A stretch of 64,000 nucleotides of DNA from Octopus vulgaris (lineage: Eukaryota): positions 66,278,001-66,342,000 of the forward strand of contig OX597823.1 in the NCBI GenBank assembly GCA_951406725.2, written 5' to 3'. The notes under the pieces were generated by a model, which did not search any database, was not told where the DNA came from, and saw only the letters and a program-made list of their open reading frames with translations. Each line of letters begins with the position of its first letter. The first letter of the stretch is position 1. The translations under genes were made by a program, and so were the position numbers. Shown one piece after another: positions 38,134 to 54,401 of this stretch.

Positions 38134-38996
38134 ATATATATATATATATATGTGTGTGTATGTATGTATGTATGTATGTATGTATGTATGTATGTATCAG
38201 AGATTTTAAACAAGTTGTTTTTTTCCATATGATTACTGTTGTTTCGCGGTCTTCATCACTTTACAATAATTTCATTGTATAATAAATCATTTTATATGTC
38301 GGCATGGTGTGCATGCTACACCTTGTACATTATGATTGTGCGTTTACAAATCAATGTGAAACAGGAACGGTCGTTCATCGGATTTCCAGAACATTATGGT
38401 TACACCATTGCATCAATTCGAAGTATGCATAATAATCTTTATATTTCCAGTTATCTATTCCCTAATGAATTCATTACAATTTTCTTAGATTTTTACATTT
38501 ACTTTATACATTGTCTAATTTCTTAAAATTTAATTCAATGATTTTACTTCCTAAGCGTGGCCAATCTCATCAACTTATATCCAGCACTACCACGTGATAC
38601 AAAATATAATTATTATTTACATTTATTTTTAAGGACCATACCAAACTAATTTTACCTGGTATCGGTCTTCCATACACACATTGTATATATAAAAGGAAAA
38701 TTGTATACTTAGCTTTCTTCATCTTCATTGATTTGTAAGTACAACTGTATTGTACAATGCCTACCATGCGTATTATGCAGACATGCAAAATAATTTATTG
38801 TACATGTTGAAAAGTGCCAAACAGTCGTAATCCTAAGAACAGGTGGCTAAATAAATATATTCACCTTTAATACCACCTAAATTTTTATGGTTTATATACA
38901 TACCCATCATCCATATATATATATACATTTATATATTTACATACATATATATATATATTTATTTATTTATTTATATATATATATACACACACACAC

Positions 38997-39036
<40 letters not shown>

Positions 39037-39138
39037 TTTAGCAGTAACTTCGAAGTTTCTGCAAATGGGGTAGTCAAACTGTATAGAAGCTGGATGTTTA
39101 TCGTAATATATCTAAGTTACTCACATTACAAATTGAAG

Positions 39139-39185
39139 TTTGAGGCAATGAGGCGATTAGAATAACCGAAACGGCTGTTTTCGAA
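39139..39185 (+). ncRNA. Decayed hammerhead-like motif
   Basis: tttgag GCAATGA ggcgatt ag aataacc GAAACGGCTGTT ttcgaa; core mutated. Confidence 0.4.
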
Positions 39186-39361
39186 GCCAAAGGATACGAC
39201 TGTAATATTTAATTCAATATTTATGGGCGATATAAGGAACGCTATATAAGGGGGAAAATGTTTGCCTTAGTATTTGGGCTGTTAGATATACAGAGATTTG
39301 CAGTTACTATTCTCAGGATGTGCGAATTCATAAAGATGATCCTTAAAATATTAAAACGAAT

Positions 39362-39574
39362 ACTCTTTTACTCTTTTACTTGTTTCAGTCATCTAACTGT
39401 GGCCATGCTGGAGCACCGCCTTTAGTCGAACAAATCGATCCCTGGACTTATTGTTTGGAAGCCTAGTACTTATTGTGTCGGTCTCTTTTGCCGAACCGCT
39501 AAGTTATGGAAACGTAAACACACCACCATCGGTTGTGATGTGATGTTGGGGGGACAAACACAGCCACACAAACT

Positions 39575-39662
<88 letters not shown>

Positions 39663-39826
39663 GACGGGCTTCTTTCAGTTCCAGTCTACCAAATCCACTC
39701 ACAAGACTTTGGGCGACCCGATGCTATAGTAGAAGACACTTGCCCTAGGTACCACACAATGGGACTGAACCCGGAACCATGTGGTTCGTAAGCAGGCTAC
39801 TTACCACACAGCCACTCTTACGCCTA
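39362..39826 (-). mobile_element. Full-length tRNA-derived SINE family B with internal (TA)n(TG)n
   Basis: Minus strand A-box-like tggctgtgtgg and B-box-like ggttcagtccc; short aaaagagt repeat tail; same family as 50320-50718 and 51687-52110. Confidence 0.95.
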
Positions 39827-41024
39827 TAATGTGTTCCTTTGCAAAAAGTATTAGGATGTACTGCAAGTATGGTATTAATCATGCATCCCTTCTATTGTCG
39901 AAGGGATTTCTTGCGATGTATATTTTCTAATAAAATTCTAAATGTTCTTGAAAATAATATCGTAAAAATGCAAATTATTTATCGTAAAACAATAAAACTG
40001 ACATTAAAATCCTTCCATGTTGCCCACCTTTGCATGATATTAAATTTAATTCCATGCAACCAAACTCCAACATTTAGTAACGTTTGAAATTGCACTACAC
40101 GTTTAGATATAGGTCATCAATCCCTTGGAGTCTAATTATATTTTGAACATAGCCACTCTCTTGTATAATACATTGGTACGGATGCACTAGTATGTATGCC
40201 ACTAATATTCGCATTTACGCTGATGGGAAACGCTGACGAACTAAACTTCATTTTATCTTGCGATCGAATAAAGGTTAAACCTGGAAACTACATAATATAA
40301 CAGATGAAGTAAGTATAGAGAATCTGTTAGTGTTCGTGCATTTAATGTTAATTTAATTATTTAACCTAAATTTCTATATTTATTGAACATACATATTTAT
40401 TGAACATACATATTTATTTTACATTATCAATTATGTTTCATAAATACTCTTTATTTACTGAGTCTAAATCTACTACATCTGTCTTTCAACCAACCTATTC
40501 AATTGAACATATATATTTATATACTTACTAAATTTTTCAGATTATTCACAGCTCTATTTAATTTTTATCTAATTTATTTCATTCCTCTTCAATTTCGCAA
40601 TAAGTATATATTTTTAGTTGAAATTCATTGAATATTATTTGTAATTCGTCGTATATTTGCTACACACTATATTAATATGACATAAATTTTCTAAATAAAA
40701 CTGTTGATTAAATAATGACATTGATTTAATGTTCATGTTATCAGTGTGACACACCCCGACAAAATAATTGTATTTTATAATTGTGATTAAATTTATATGT
40801 GTTATATATTCATCCATCAGTTCATATACCTACATAACTAGATTCGATCTTCTTATTGAAAATATTTGAAGATACGCATTTCTATTAAATATATTTTAAA
40901 TACAAACATTGAAATGAATATGAATGTGTTAGTATGTGCTTGTACATACATACATACATACATACATATACGATATATGTAAAAACCAAGGCTGTGTAGA
41001 TATTAGAATATTTATAGATGGAAG

Positions 41025-41076
41025 GTCTTACAGTTGTTTCCAGAATATTTATTTATTATATCCCTTCATCGGTGAC
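41025..41076 (-). ncRNA. Degenerate type I hammerhead motif
   Basis: gtca CCGATGA agggatat aataaataa atattctg GAAACAACTGTA agac; stem III near-palindromic (ACAGCTGT type). Confidence 0.6.
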
Positions 41077-41199
41077 GGTGTGAGAGAATGGTTAAGTAAT
41101 AGTTAATTTAGATAGGATACAAAATAGAGAATGGGGTGGAGAAAAGAAAATAGATGTGAGATATGTAGAGATATTAAATTTGTAGATCCATTTTTTTAG

Positions 41200-42330
41200 G
41201 CAGAATGGTATATATTTAAGATTCCAATACCTTATGAGTAAAATCCAACAGTATTTAAAATATTATATTTTACAAATCAAAATATAAAAATTGTTTGTGA
41301 CCCAATAATATATGCTATGGGAAATCTACCTAGGTATTTGTTTTATTATGTGGATATCAGTTGAAATTAGTTATACATGCCTCGTATTTACATTAATGAT
41401 TTTTACCGGATTACGATCCTATTTTGTAGTAAGTTTCCTTCTTTTGTTTTTTACGGACATGACCTTTCTTCCTTTTCCTTCAACGTATTAATTGAATTCC
41501 AAAGTCCTTATTGCTTGCAATAATGGAATTTAGACAGAAATCTTGTAAACTTCAAATTGTGAATTATGAAATCGAGTGAAGTTATCCAGTCATGTAGATT
41601 TTGTTTCTGCAACAAATATGCATCACTTTCCTCCATCATTTGTACGAGAACGGATGAAGAAGAACATCTACTGGGAAGAATATATTCGTCTAGTTTTATA
41701 AATTTTATCTATTATTGATGTAGACAGTGATTATTGCATCTCCTGTCTCCTGCGACGAGCATCTCCTTCTGCTTTCCACTGTTATCATTATGCTCTTACG
41801 CAGTGGCATACTAGTTTCATTTAGAAGTATTTGACGTATGTTAGTTGCTAAGATTGCTTGTACTATATAACAGCTGAAATGACCTGATTCTTTAATTTTA
41901 GTTCTCATTAGAATAGCTAGAAAATTCCAAGAATTGACAATTATACATCTTTGACAAACCACCAAGTGTTCACCTAATGACAGCCTTGTCAACCGTACGT
42001 ACCTACCACCTTCTCTAGTTTCCTCTAAATTATATCACATTTCATTTAACCCCATGTGACGCTCATTAATGCAAGATCTATAATTTTACAGCCAACGGAA
42101 ATTGTACTGTCAGTTTGCATGACGGCATTCCCACAAGCATATCACACGTTCAGGAAAGAATTATATTTCTTTCCTTTTATAATAAAGACATGGCTACGTT
42201 TATTTGCACCCAGAAACATAAATGCTAATGTTACTATTAGGACACAATGAACTAGACAGCCATGTGCAATGCTTTACCAAAAAGGAAACCTATAATTGTC
42301 GCTAAATGACTAAGGTGTTACAACACTTAC
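41200..42330 (-). mobile_element. Possible ancient LINE 5' remnant (ORF1 Zn knuckles, start of APE domain)
   Basis: YACGNA and YRSCINERH (CCHC-like), then SDAYLLQK (DxxxLQET-like); very decayed. Confidence 0.3.
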
Positions 42331-42441
42331 ATTGCAAGGATTAAGAGTAAAAGGGCTCTAATGCTGTAGTTAAAGCACATAATTGTATACATATATGTAC
42401 AGACAGGGACTGTAATCGCCCGAAAACGCCGAGCGAGAAAT

Positions 42442-42494
42442 TCCCTATACTAACTGATCAGTTTCGGCTAATTCCGTAGCATCGTCAGTAGGGA
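42442..42494 (-). ncRNA. Canonical type I hammerhead ribozyme
   Basis: tcccta CTGACGA tgcta cggaat tagcc GAA ACTGA tcag TTAGT A taggga; all three stems pair. Confidence 0.85.
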
Positions 42495-42807
42495 CTGCTC
42501 GATTCGGCTGATTCCGAACATAGTTATTTGTAACTACATATGTATTCACTATGAAAATCTATGGATGATTTAGCGAATCGCTAATGTATATACAAAAAAT
42601 TAATATAGATATGAATGGGGTGTTGGAACATCGACGTTACTAGAAATAAGAGTTAAAAAGCTGTAAGGTTATATAGTTAAAGCACATATATTCTCTATAC
42701 TTTTTTTTTCGTATACACATTTGCAATTTGCAAAATCCTTCATAGATTTTTATGATGACTACATAAGTATTGACAAAGAATTAAGTCCGGAATAGCCAAA
42801 TCTAGCG

Positions 42808-42862
42808 TTCCCTACTGATGTGGTTACAGAATTAGCCGAAACTGACCGATCAGTATAGGGAA
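42808..42862 (+). ncRNA. Type I hammerhead ribozyme with one core substitution
   Basis: ttcccta CTGATGT ggtta cagaat tagcc GAA ACTGA ccga TCAGT A tagggaa. Confidence 0.82.
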
Positions 42863-44631
42863 TTTCTAGCCCGGCGTTTTTGGGCGATTACATTCCCTGT
42901 CAGTACACATATATACAATTATGTGCTTTAACTACAACATTAGAGCATTTTGGCTTTTATTTCTAGCAAAGTTACTCATGACATTTATATATAAGTGTAT
43001 GTGTGTGAGTGTGTGTGTGAGTGTGTGTGTGTGTGCTTGCTTATACGTGCTCTTTTGTTAGCAGTTACTTATGGATTACGTAATTTAATTGAAAATTACT
43101 AGCGATTGAAAAATGTGTAAAGATAAATGGAAATAATATGACATTATATGTTCCTATCTTGCAATAATTACCTGTATTGTCTTGAAATTATAACCTAGAA
43201 ATCACTGACATAGAATTATAGAATGATTCAGATGATGAGAGAATATTCCCGACAGGCATCTCTTTGGGCGTGTTGTGGAGGCATAGAATTCTAACCGACT
43301 GAGTATATATCGTTAACATTAAAAGGAACACTATAAGACTAATGTGTGTTTATGCGTTTATGTAATTATGTAAGCTTATTTGTAATTATGAATGTATGTA
43401 TAAATGTATGTACCCACGTATATATGTATGTACACAGTTATGTTCTCATGTAGTTGTCTATCTTAATAATTGTGTACCTAAGCATAAACGGGTTTGTGTG
43501 TGACTTAAACCGACTCATATTGGCGTATTTGATTTTCATTTCACTATACAGTCATTGTGCACACGTTTTTGTACACCCAATTAATTCATTAACCTCCAAG
43601 ACAGTACTCGAATAAAGCATAATTAATTCACATTGGATTCTGCGAAATCAAGAACACATTTTTGTTTGCATAGAAATTCGCTTATAAACGACAACATGTC
43701 TGCTCTTCTTTTGTATGAAATAAAATGTTTCCACATTTTGCAGAGAATATACAGAAAACTGTAATTGAGGAATTTAACTCAAAATTTTTACGTACCCTAT
43801 GAAAATGCAACAAATTACATGGCAAGCAGTAATTAAATAATTATGAATATAGCACATGTTATTACATATACCTGTTTTTTATCTTTTACTTTTTAGATTT
43901 TAGTTCTTGTTTTTTCGTTTTCCGAGTTTTTTATACCTTCTATATGCTGCCTACTCAGATTTTTCGCATTTCTTCTCTTATTCAATTTTCGCATTTCACT
44001 TTGATTTGTGATTTGTGTCTGACGAATATGTGTGAGATATTTCTCAACATAGGAAACTATTACTTGCATTTAAAGATATCTATTGTCCTTGAAATAAACA
44101 ATAATTATCCCACATCAGATGGAGTGTTTGCTTGTTGAACTATCATGGAACTGTACGTTTCAGTATTTATTAAATTACTGCTATAACGAATTTGTTTTTT
44201 TTTTCTGCTGTAAATATCACAGTGAATATCAAGAGCTGAAAAACCTTGGTTCCATTGTAAAATGAGTGAAGAGTGCAAAACATGGGTCATTCATGAAGAC
44301 TTATATTGCAGAAACTAAGTCGGAACTCCCAAAAACTCTAAGTGTATGCAAACGGCTCTCATAATTTGCAACTACTATTAAAAATAATTAAAAACTTTCG
44401 AATTTTAAACTAGGAGCAAATTTCTTCCAAGAGCACCTACGGGATGTTGAAAGTATATCTAGCATACATTGACGCAATTCCTAAATGAATCCGGTATTAA
44501 GTTCTTTGTTATCATCCAGCATAAAAATGAAGACAATCCATATTAAAATACGTGTAAATTTCCATTTACCCTGCATCGTATTTGAAAATTTAAACCTGAT
44601 TGCACGACCGAATCATACATGTATACACGAA

Positions 44632-44750
44632 CATACATACATACATACATACATACATACATACATACATACATACATACATACATACATACATACATAC
44701 ATACATACATACATACATACATACATACACACATACATACATACATACAT
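44632..44750. repeat. (CATA)n microsatellite
   Basis: Seen directly. Confidence 0.98.
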
Positions 44751-45344
44751 ATAAGATATACATATATACATGCATACAATCATACATACATGCATACATA
44801 TACAAACCTGCTTACATACGTGCACACAAGTATACATACATATATGCATAAACGCACACACAATTGTACACATGCGCACGCATATACATATGTGTGCATG
44901 TATGCATATGAATGTGTGTGTATGTGTGGCTGTCTACCTGTCTGTCTGTCTATCTGCGTGTTTGTGTGTGTATTCTATGGAAATTTTCCTTCTGTGATTC
45001 GAACTATTACGGAATTAATGAGAATTTCGTGGAAATTAATGAGATTCGTAGCCATGATAGTAAGAGAATAGACATTACAACTTTTTTCAAAGTATTTCAT
45101 CTGTGACAGCAGAACATATGATCTCTATAGCAAGCATTTTGTGTGAGTGTGGTAGCTTTTTCTATGTGCAGTACGACCTGACGTGAAGGTTTTGACATTA
45201 GATGCAAGCTTAGAAAAAAATTTGAAGGATTCTCCGCGGAATAGCTGAGAGGAGAGGAAGGTGGTAGATACTGAGAATGATACAGAACGAAAAATGGGAA
45301 AAGTGTTAGTAATAAAATATATAGATATTGTGCATCTGTGAATA

Positions 45345-45997
<653 letters not shown>

Positions 45998-47261
45998 CCC
46001 AATTGTCAACTATGACATCGTAGACATCCATGCTTATATACATACAACACGGAGTGCTGCCTTCAGCAAGGATGTTTTAGGCAGAAAATCATGAAGTGAT
46101 GTTTTCTCAAAATAATTTCAAGCATAAGGCTAAACATACATATTAACAGCTCGTAAATATTTACTTCTTTTTCTGCTTCTGGTTTGTTATACACTTGTGC
46201 TGCAGTCTGAATTTTACAACAGAGCTATATGTAAACGTACAGTATTTAACATCGAATACTTGATACATTGTAAAAGGATTTTCCCAATCCAGTAACACTT
46301 TAGGAACAAATCCGAATAATTTCTGAAACTAAAGCATGATTGAGTAAATTTTACCGTTACTATGCTCATTAATGTTGCTTTACAATCGTCATTAACTTTA
46401 CAGCAATTTCCCGAACATCAAGTGAAGGACCCAATGTCAAATAGTGATAGAAACACAGGCCAACAGGATATTATTATTGTTATAACAACGGCGTTCATTG
46501 CAATTGTCGGTAATCAACTACAGCGACTCTGAGAGCGGAAGGCATTACGATACATTTAAAACCAGAAGGATATCGGTGAAATGTTGACGAATATATTAAG
46601 TGCAAAGTAGAAATAAGTGTCATTATGTGCTAGATAAATAAACGGTAAATGCTATGTATACTCAGTAATCTCAAATATTGAAGCAGTTAATTTCTGATAC
46701 TGTAAATTACTTGAGATGAATTATTATTAACGCAAGATACTAATAAGATGTCAGACTTATGTAACTTTTGCGTGCAACTCTATCGGCCAAATGATGTCCA
46801 GATGAATCAGCAAGCATACTTACATACACACACAAGATACAACACAGTGTATATGTCAGCGTGTGTGCACACGCGCATGTGTGTGTGTGAGCATTATGTA
46901 TGTTGCGTGCATGTTTGTGTACGTGCGTGTGATGAACTCATATATGTAGTTGCACATATCATTATTAGTATCATTGTGGCAATGAAGTGGCAGAGTTTTT
47001 AGATTATCGGATAGAATAACGTGTGGTATTCAGCGCGACTGATAGTGATTGTATTTCAAATGTAGCTGATGTCCAATTTGCTTTACAGAGTGTAGAAATA
47101 AAGTACTATTCTGGTACTAGGACTGATTCTTTCCTCCGCTATCTCTCTTTTCCCGAGATTTTTACCTGCATTTCAAAGTTCCACATATTATATTATATAC
47201 TATATACATTTTGAGCCGCCGTAGAATTGCATTAAGGATAAATACACTCTTTGGCTTATAT

Positions 47262-47480
47262 TTGTTTCTTTATTACCCAAAAGGGGTTAAACATAGAGGG
47301 AACAAACAAGGACAGACAAACGAATTAAGTCGATTACATCGATCCCAGTGCGTAACTGGTACTTAATTTATCGACTCCAAAAGGATGAAAGGCGAAGTCG
47401 ACCCCGGTGGAATTTGAACTCAGAACGTAACGGCTACGCATTTTGCCCGACGTGCTAACGGTTCTGCTAGCTCGCCGCCC
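47262..47480 (-). mobile_element. SINE family A copy with short internal deletion
   Basis: Matches the reverse complement of 8824-9046. Confidence 0.9.
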
Positions 47481-50319
47481 TCTGCTTTGACATATATTAT
47501 TCAATGGGTCATACATTAATTTCATAAGTAGGGATTCGGTCAGTCCTTTGGATACACATGGGAAAATTCATGATGAGGATATCCTGTCCGTACCTGTCAG
47601 AATGTTGAGGCTGCTTAAACAAGTTTGAGAATCTCTTACGCCTCTTCTGTCTGCTACTTTCACAAAATCTCTGAGTTTAACTTAGACATATTCCATTCAA
47701 ATATCTGCACTAACTAGTCAAACGTTCCTAAGACTGTTTGAAGACAATTGGGGAAAATTATACTCCCTATTCAAGTCGTGGAATAAAGGGCAACAAGACT
47801 GAAAGCAGTTACTTCAGTTGTTTACATCCAGAACCATCGACTACTTTCTGTGCCAATAACCGTCCGAGCTAACTATATCACTCTTCTCAACCACGCCCAC
47901 CGACAATGGAATCATCGAAAAAATACGAGTCCGGTTTTCCGGAATTCCTCAAAATGTTTCGGTTTATTAGCACATAGTGAAATATGTGATCGTTCTGCAA
48001 GTGAACTAGATTTTCTACATCAAATTCTCTTGGCATGAAATCATTACACATGAAATAAACGGATGCCTTTTCTTGCCCTATCTTCAAGTCAACCTTTTTT
48101 TCCTTTTAGTTCAAAATTCCTCCTCCTGATATACAACCGAAGCATGCTTTGATTCCAGTAGCTGTTTGTTTGTTGACTGGTCCTGTTGTCCAAACAAGTC
48201 ACATGTAGATTGACGTCAAGAAGAGGAATTGTGATATCACACTTGTTGGCATTTTGTTTTCCATTTATATTTATGAAAACGGTGAATGTGAAGAATATTA
48301 CTATCAGCTATTTTGTTTTGTTTTTTTTTCATGTTGTTGCTGCTGCACTTACTATTCGATTATATATGCGGAAGTGAGGTGCTTTGAAGGTTCTTGTTTT
48401 TGTCATTTTCCACTTCTTTCTGGCTTGCCTGGGGGCTTTTGTTCTTTTGATTGAGGGTTTGGCTGTATATAGTAAATTTTGTTATCGATATTATCGGATC
48501 ACTAGCGGTTAGCGATGGATGCACATAGACATTTTGCAAGCGCTTTGAGTGCCTATCAACATCCATGTTTCTTTTGTAATCGTTGCTTTCTTCTACTCGC
48601 GCAACAAAAGTTTGTCATTACCAAGTGTTCCTTTATTCTTTTGACACGTATCCTAAGGCTTTGTAAGAACATAATGGTAAAGCCTGTGTGTGTGACTTTG
48701 ATATTCTGCCTTGATGTTTTCCTTGATGAACAACATTGCTGCTCACCTGTCAGTGCTTCTCTTTGGTATTTCGATAAGGATTTAGTGCATGCTACCGTTT
48801 TTGCTATTGTTGATGCATTTTATGCGTCTAATTTTGTTATTATATTGCTTCATGGATTTGTTTTCAGGTTGATGTAGCCAATCAGATTTGGCAACAGTGC
48901 AGATGCAGTTTATTTTCTTTTTCTCTTTTGTAGGCAGAAGGCTTCATGTTACTCGTGCTACCACGTGTGTGAAGCCTATGCCTTCTACACCCCATCATAA
49001 CATGCTGTTTTGCGCCGTTCGAATGGTGTGCCATTTAAGTGATCTTGTCCATGATTCTTATATCAGAACCTTCACGATATTACTGGAACAGTACCATAAC
49101 ACGTTCGAATACTGACCTCATATTCTCAGATAATGTAGAGTAACACATCGACCGCATCCATCATCAGCACTCTTCGACCATGAAAAATTGTAAATTTCTG
49201 ACTCACCAGACAAACGGGAGCAGATAATGATCCTGTACATGGGTTTTCATTAAATTTTTCCTCTCAGGCTCTTACCCACTTCACTATTTGTGATCCGTTC
49301 CACTCACCGTCCTTAGCAGTGAGTTCTATACAATGCTGCAACAATAATTGCCTAGATGTTTCTTCAAGTGTCTTTCCACCATCTCTCCGGACAAATATTG
49401 TGATCTTACGTAAGTATCACTCTTTGCAGTGAGATTGCTGAAATGAAATGTTATACACGTTGCTCTTTCTGAATCTATTAGAGAGTTCGGTGTATATGAT
49501 ATTTGTGACACTGTTGGTGAAAATACCGAATATTCATTCATAACAGAGTACGAGACATGTACCAGGACAAAACACGAAAACGTTAAATAAAGAATATTAC
49601 TAACTATTTTACTACACAAAACAATTCGATTTGCATTCAATTTGCCAGATCAATTGATGGGATATTGTAATGCTACCAACAGAATCTTGGCATAATTTAA
49701 ATGAACTATTGTGTATATCTATTGTAAGAGCCGATACTTTTTCGGAGTAGGAAAGCGGAGAATGATTTAGCAATGTCCCTTAATAATTGGGCTATTATAA
49801 ATTGAAGTCCAACATTTCTGATCAGAACCTAATAAGTAATTATATCCTCCACAATATGCATTTTACTTACTGAGGTCCTTGATAGTAATGTTTATACATG
49901 CAATTTCTTACAGTATAAGTGAAGGACTTTTTCATGTTTTTTTTTTTCATTGTGGAGTAGGTCTTGTAAGACAATTTTATTTGCTACTGATATAGTTCTT
50001 AGAAATGTGTAGGTAATTATTGTCTAAAACTTGTGATATTGCAATAGGTATACTCTACAGTTCATTTTATTTATCCCAGCGTTATCTACATAACGATTCA
50101 GTAATTAATTAGCTAGTTTATTTATGTAAAATCGTTAGATTACCTGAAGTAAACTTCATGTCAAGCAGAGTGGAAATTAAATTGTTGATCAAAGGAAAAA
50201 CTGACAAACTTACAATTTAGGACGTCTATTATTTGGCTTCCAGTGCTGATATAACTCTGGAAAATTAGATACAAGCAGAGCGGTTTTTCTAGGATTCTAC
50301 AATATAAATATTACCATAT

Positions 50320-50513
50320 TACTCTTTTATTTGTTTCATTAATTTGACTGCGGCCATGCTGGAGCACCGCCCTTGTTGAGCAAATCTACCCCAGGACTTA
50401 TTCTTTGTAAGCCTAGTACTTATTCTATCAGTCTCTTTGCCGAACCGCTATGTTTCGGATGCGTGCACACACCAGCAACGATGTTCTGGGGACAAACACA
50501 GACACACAAACAT

Positions 50514-50554
<41 letters not shown>

Positions 50555-50718
50555 CGACGGGTTTCTTTCAGTTTCCGCCTACCAAGTTCACTCACAAGGC
50601 TTTGGTCGGCCCGAGGATATACTAGAAGACACTTGTCCAATTTGCCACGCAGTGGGACTGAACCCGGAAACAGGTTGCTGGTAAGCAAGCTACTTACCAC
50701 ACAGCCACTCCTGCGCCT
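50320..50718 (-). mobile_element. SINE family B, full length
   Basis: Collinear with 39362-39826. Confidence 0.95.
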
Positions 50719-51419
50719 TGAGAAACATTGATCAATTATAAAGGATAACAGAGGATATTCCCGTGCAACAAAATAGTGATAAGAGAACTTTTTATTAAGT
50801 ATCATGAATCAGGCATCTCAGTTCACACGCTCACTATAAGTGAAATGTTTTTTTGTAAACTTTTCCGATCATCTAAATTTGAGTGAGAAAGTTTAACACA
50901 GAATGGCTGCATTACAAAAATATAATTACTAACCTATGCAAATGAAGTAATTAAGTATTAGTAAATTATAGTTCTCTTTGCATTGAAGAAAACAGAAAGT
51001 ATAGACAGTATGATTCTCTTTCGTGACGTATGGCGTAAGTTAATGTATGAACATTTCACTGCATTACGCATTGGTTCAGAAACAGAGCGAACATGAAGTC
51101 GTTGCTGATCAAGCACACTACTTGATATCAAAATATCAACAAACACATATATGCTTGTAGGCAATTGATCATCGAATATGCATGGTAAGTTACTGTTTCA
51201 ATCAACACAATTAATACTTTTCCTCAACCGATGCAGATAAATTTACTCTTGGATTTCCCTCACCCCTCACTCTTTCTCTATCTGAGCTCTCTCTTTCTAT
51301 CTCTCTCTCTCTTTCTCCCCCCTCTCTCTCTCTCTCTCTCTCTAATAGGACCTCTTATATGTGTATAGACATACATACACATATATATTTACATGAATAT
51401 TTATTATTATTATTATCTG

Positions 51420-52950
51420 ATCGGCAGTGGCACTTTTGAGTCATCTTCCAGCATGGTCTTGGCCTGTAGCCTCTGCAGGTTCTAGTCTGCCATCAGTCTT
51501 GAGTCTGATTTTGGTTTCGTCGTTGTTATTAAAGACATCCAGCACCATTGCTGAGAAAATCATACTGAAAAGCATAGGTGCGAATTCACGGGCCTACTTG
51601 GTTCCGTTACATACAGGTAATTAATTAATGAATTTGTTTGAGAAGCCAATCTTTCCACTAACAGTGTCAAAGGTCATGAATATCTCTACTCTTTACTCTT
51701 TACTCTTTAATTGTTTCAGTCATTTGACTGCGGCCATGCTGGAGCACCATCTTTAGTCGAATCAAATCGACCCCAGGACTTATTCTTTGTAAGCCTAGTA
51801 CTTATTCTATCGGTTTCTTCTGCCGAACCGCTAAGTTACGGGGACCTAAACACATCGGCATTGGTTGTCAAGCGATGTTGGGGGGGGGGGACAAACACAG
51901 ATACACAGCATATACACATACATACATACATGCATATATATATACATGTATATACGATGGGCTTCTTTCAGTTTCCATCTTCCAAATTCACTCACAAGGC
52001 TTTGGTCGTCCTGAGGCTATAGTTGAAGACACTCACCCAAGGTGCCACGCAGTGGGATTGAACCTGGTTTCATGTGGTAGGTAAGGAAGCTACTTACCAC
52101 ACAGCAACTCGTCTACAAAAGTCGTGTATAGGTAACATTTCTGTTCATGGCATTCTCCTAAAATTGGCGTATAGCAAAGATCGTGTCGATTGTTCCACGC
52201 AATCTGTCAGAGAATCCACACTGCCACTCATGTGATGAGAGAATTGGTTAAGGAGGTATGTTAAGGAGAGAAATTCTTCAGTATTGTCGCATGACTGCCT
52301 GTTTCCTTTTCTCTTGTAGGAATAGACAACAGAAGCATCCTTGAACTCCCGAGGTTCTACTTTCTATTGTCATAGTATCTGAAAGAGATTGTTGTTAATA
52401 ATACTGTTCTCCCTACCTTGTATATTTTAGTTGGGATCGAGTACCTAGAGCCTAGTGCTGAACCTGTGCCTAGCCTCGTGCCTAGCTATTTGAGAGAAAC
52501 TTAATTGCTTTCTGTAACTCTGCCTACTTTGGAGGATCCGCCACACAGATGTTGACGCCAAATTGGAAGATGCAAACAATAACATCAAAGTGGACAGAGG
52601 AAGTGTTCCGGATGTTGTTGAAATGCTCTGCCCAACTTTCGTTTTTTTTTTTGTCACTGAAAAGAGTGGTCCCGTCAGCACTGAGCAATAGTGATGTTCC
52701 GGAGGACTGTGTCTCGCAATTTGCTTTTGCAGAATCTCAAGAGCGCTTAGAATTGTTGTCAGCGTACATCTGTATCACATAGACTTCATGCTTCTCCTCG
52801 ACCAAATTCTGAATTTCCTCCTCGTCGTCGTCGAATAAACACTTGATATCTACGTGTATTCTGGCCCAGATGCGAGGGTGCAGTGTTGTACATCATGTGT
52901 CTGAACACCACCTAGGCCCATTTTGCTCCCTTCGTACCAGTATTTACACT
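51420..52950 (-). mobile_element. RTE-clade LINE fragment interrupted by SINE B
   Basis: EFKDASVVYSYKRKGNRQSCDN, QCGF..RGTIDTIFAIRQ, LYTTFVD, FDTVS, APMLFSMIFSAM..KTDGRL..LQRLQAKT. Confidence 0.85.
51687..52110 (-). mobile_element. SINE family B nested in the RTE RT
   Basis: Collinear with 39362-39826; splits the FVD...FDTV motif. Confidence 0.93.
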
Positions 52951-53357
52951 CATATACAAACACACTTCCACACACATACAAATACTCATACGCATATAAG
53001 CAAGCACACACATAGTCAGACCTGGTTCACTCCTATCTCAACAATAATATAACGACATTAGAATGAAGAAAGATTTTTTGTAATCTTCATATGTTTTGCG
53101 TGGTTTGCGAGATTTGTTTTAGGTTTGAGTTATATCATTTCTTTATGGTTATTTCTGTTTTGCACACATATTTTATACATAATGCAACTTAGTAAATACC
53201 ACCGTAATAAATAAGTTGAAGCATTCTGGTTGTTATGCTTTCACTACGTCTAATAAACCTATTTTCGTTCTACTTTGTTTTAGGATTAAATACTTTGTTA
53301 TTAATAGGGATTAAATCTATTCAAGCTAGAGAAAAACTTACAATAATATACATTTAT

Positions 53358-53426
<69 letters not shown>

Positions 53427-53596
53427 CATACAAGTGTATGTCTGAATGCGCGCGTTGTATGCCTGAGTGTGTGCATATGTATCACGTGCAGTAAATATAT
53501 CACATTTAGTGGCCATTTAAAAGCTTTTTATTGAACCTGTGATCACCACATTTGTGCTTTTAATGGATTGCCCAGAAACGTAGTTGTTACCTTGTG

Positions 53597-53723
<127 letters not shown>

Positions 53724-53739
53724 CATATATATATATATA

Positions 53740-54401
<662 letters not shown>

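Larger units (their letters stand above)
42340..42965. mobile_element. Inverted pair of ~300-nt non-coding units, each with a complete hammerhead (retrozyme-like)
   Basis: 42340-42612 matches the reverse complement of 42688-42965 (roughly 80% by eye); 42641-42690 re-starts the left unit. Confidence 0.88.

Noticed and set aside
47530-49300. Several 60-120 aa ORFs in a moderately GC-richer, strand-skewed block
   Set aside because: Probably decayed TE sequence, but no diagnostic motif could be identified
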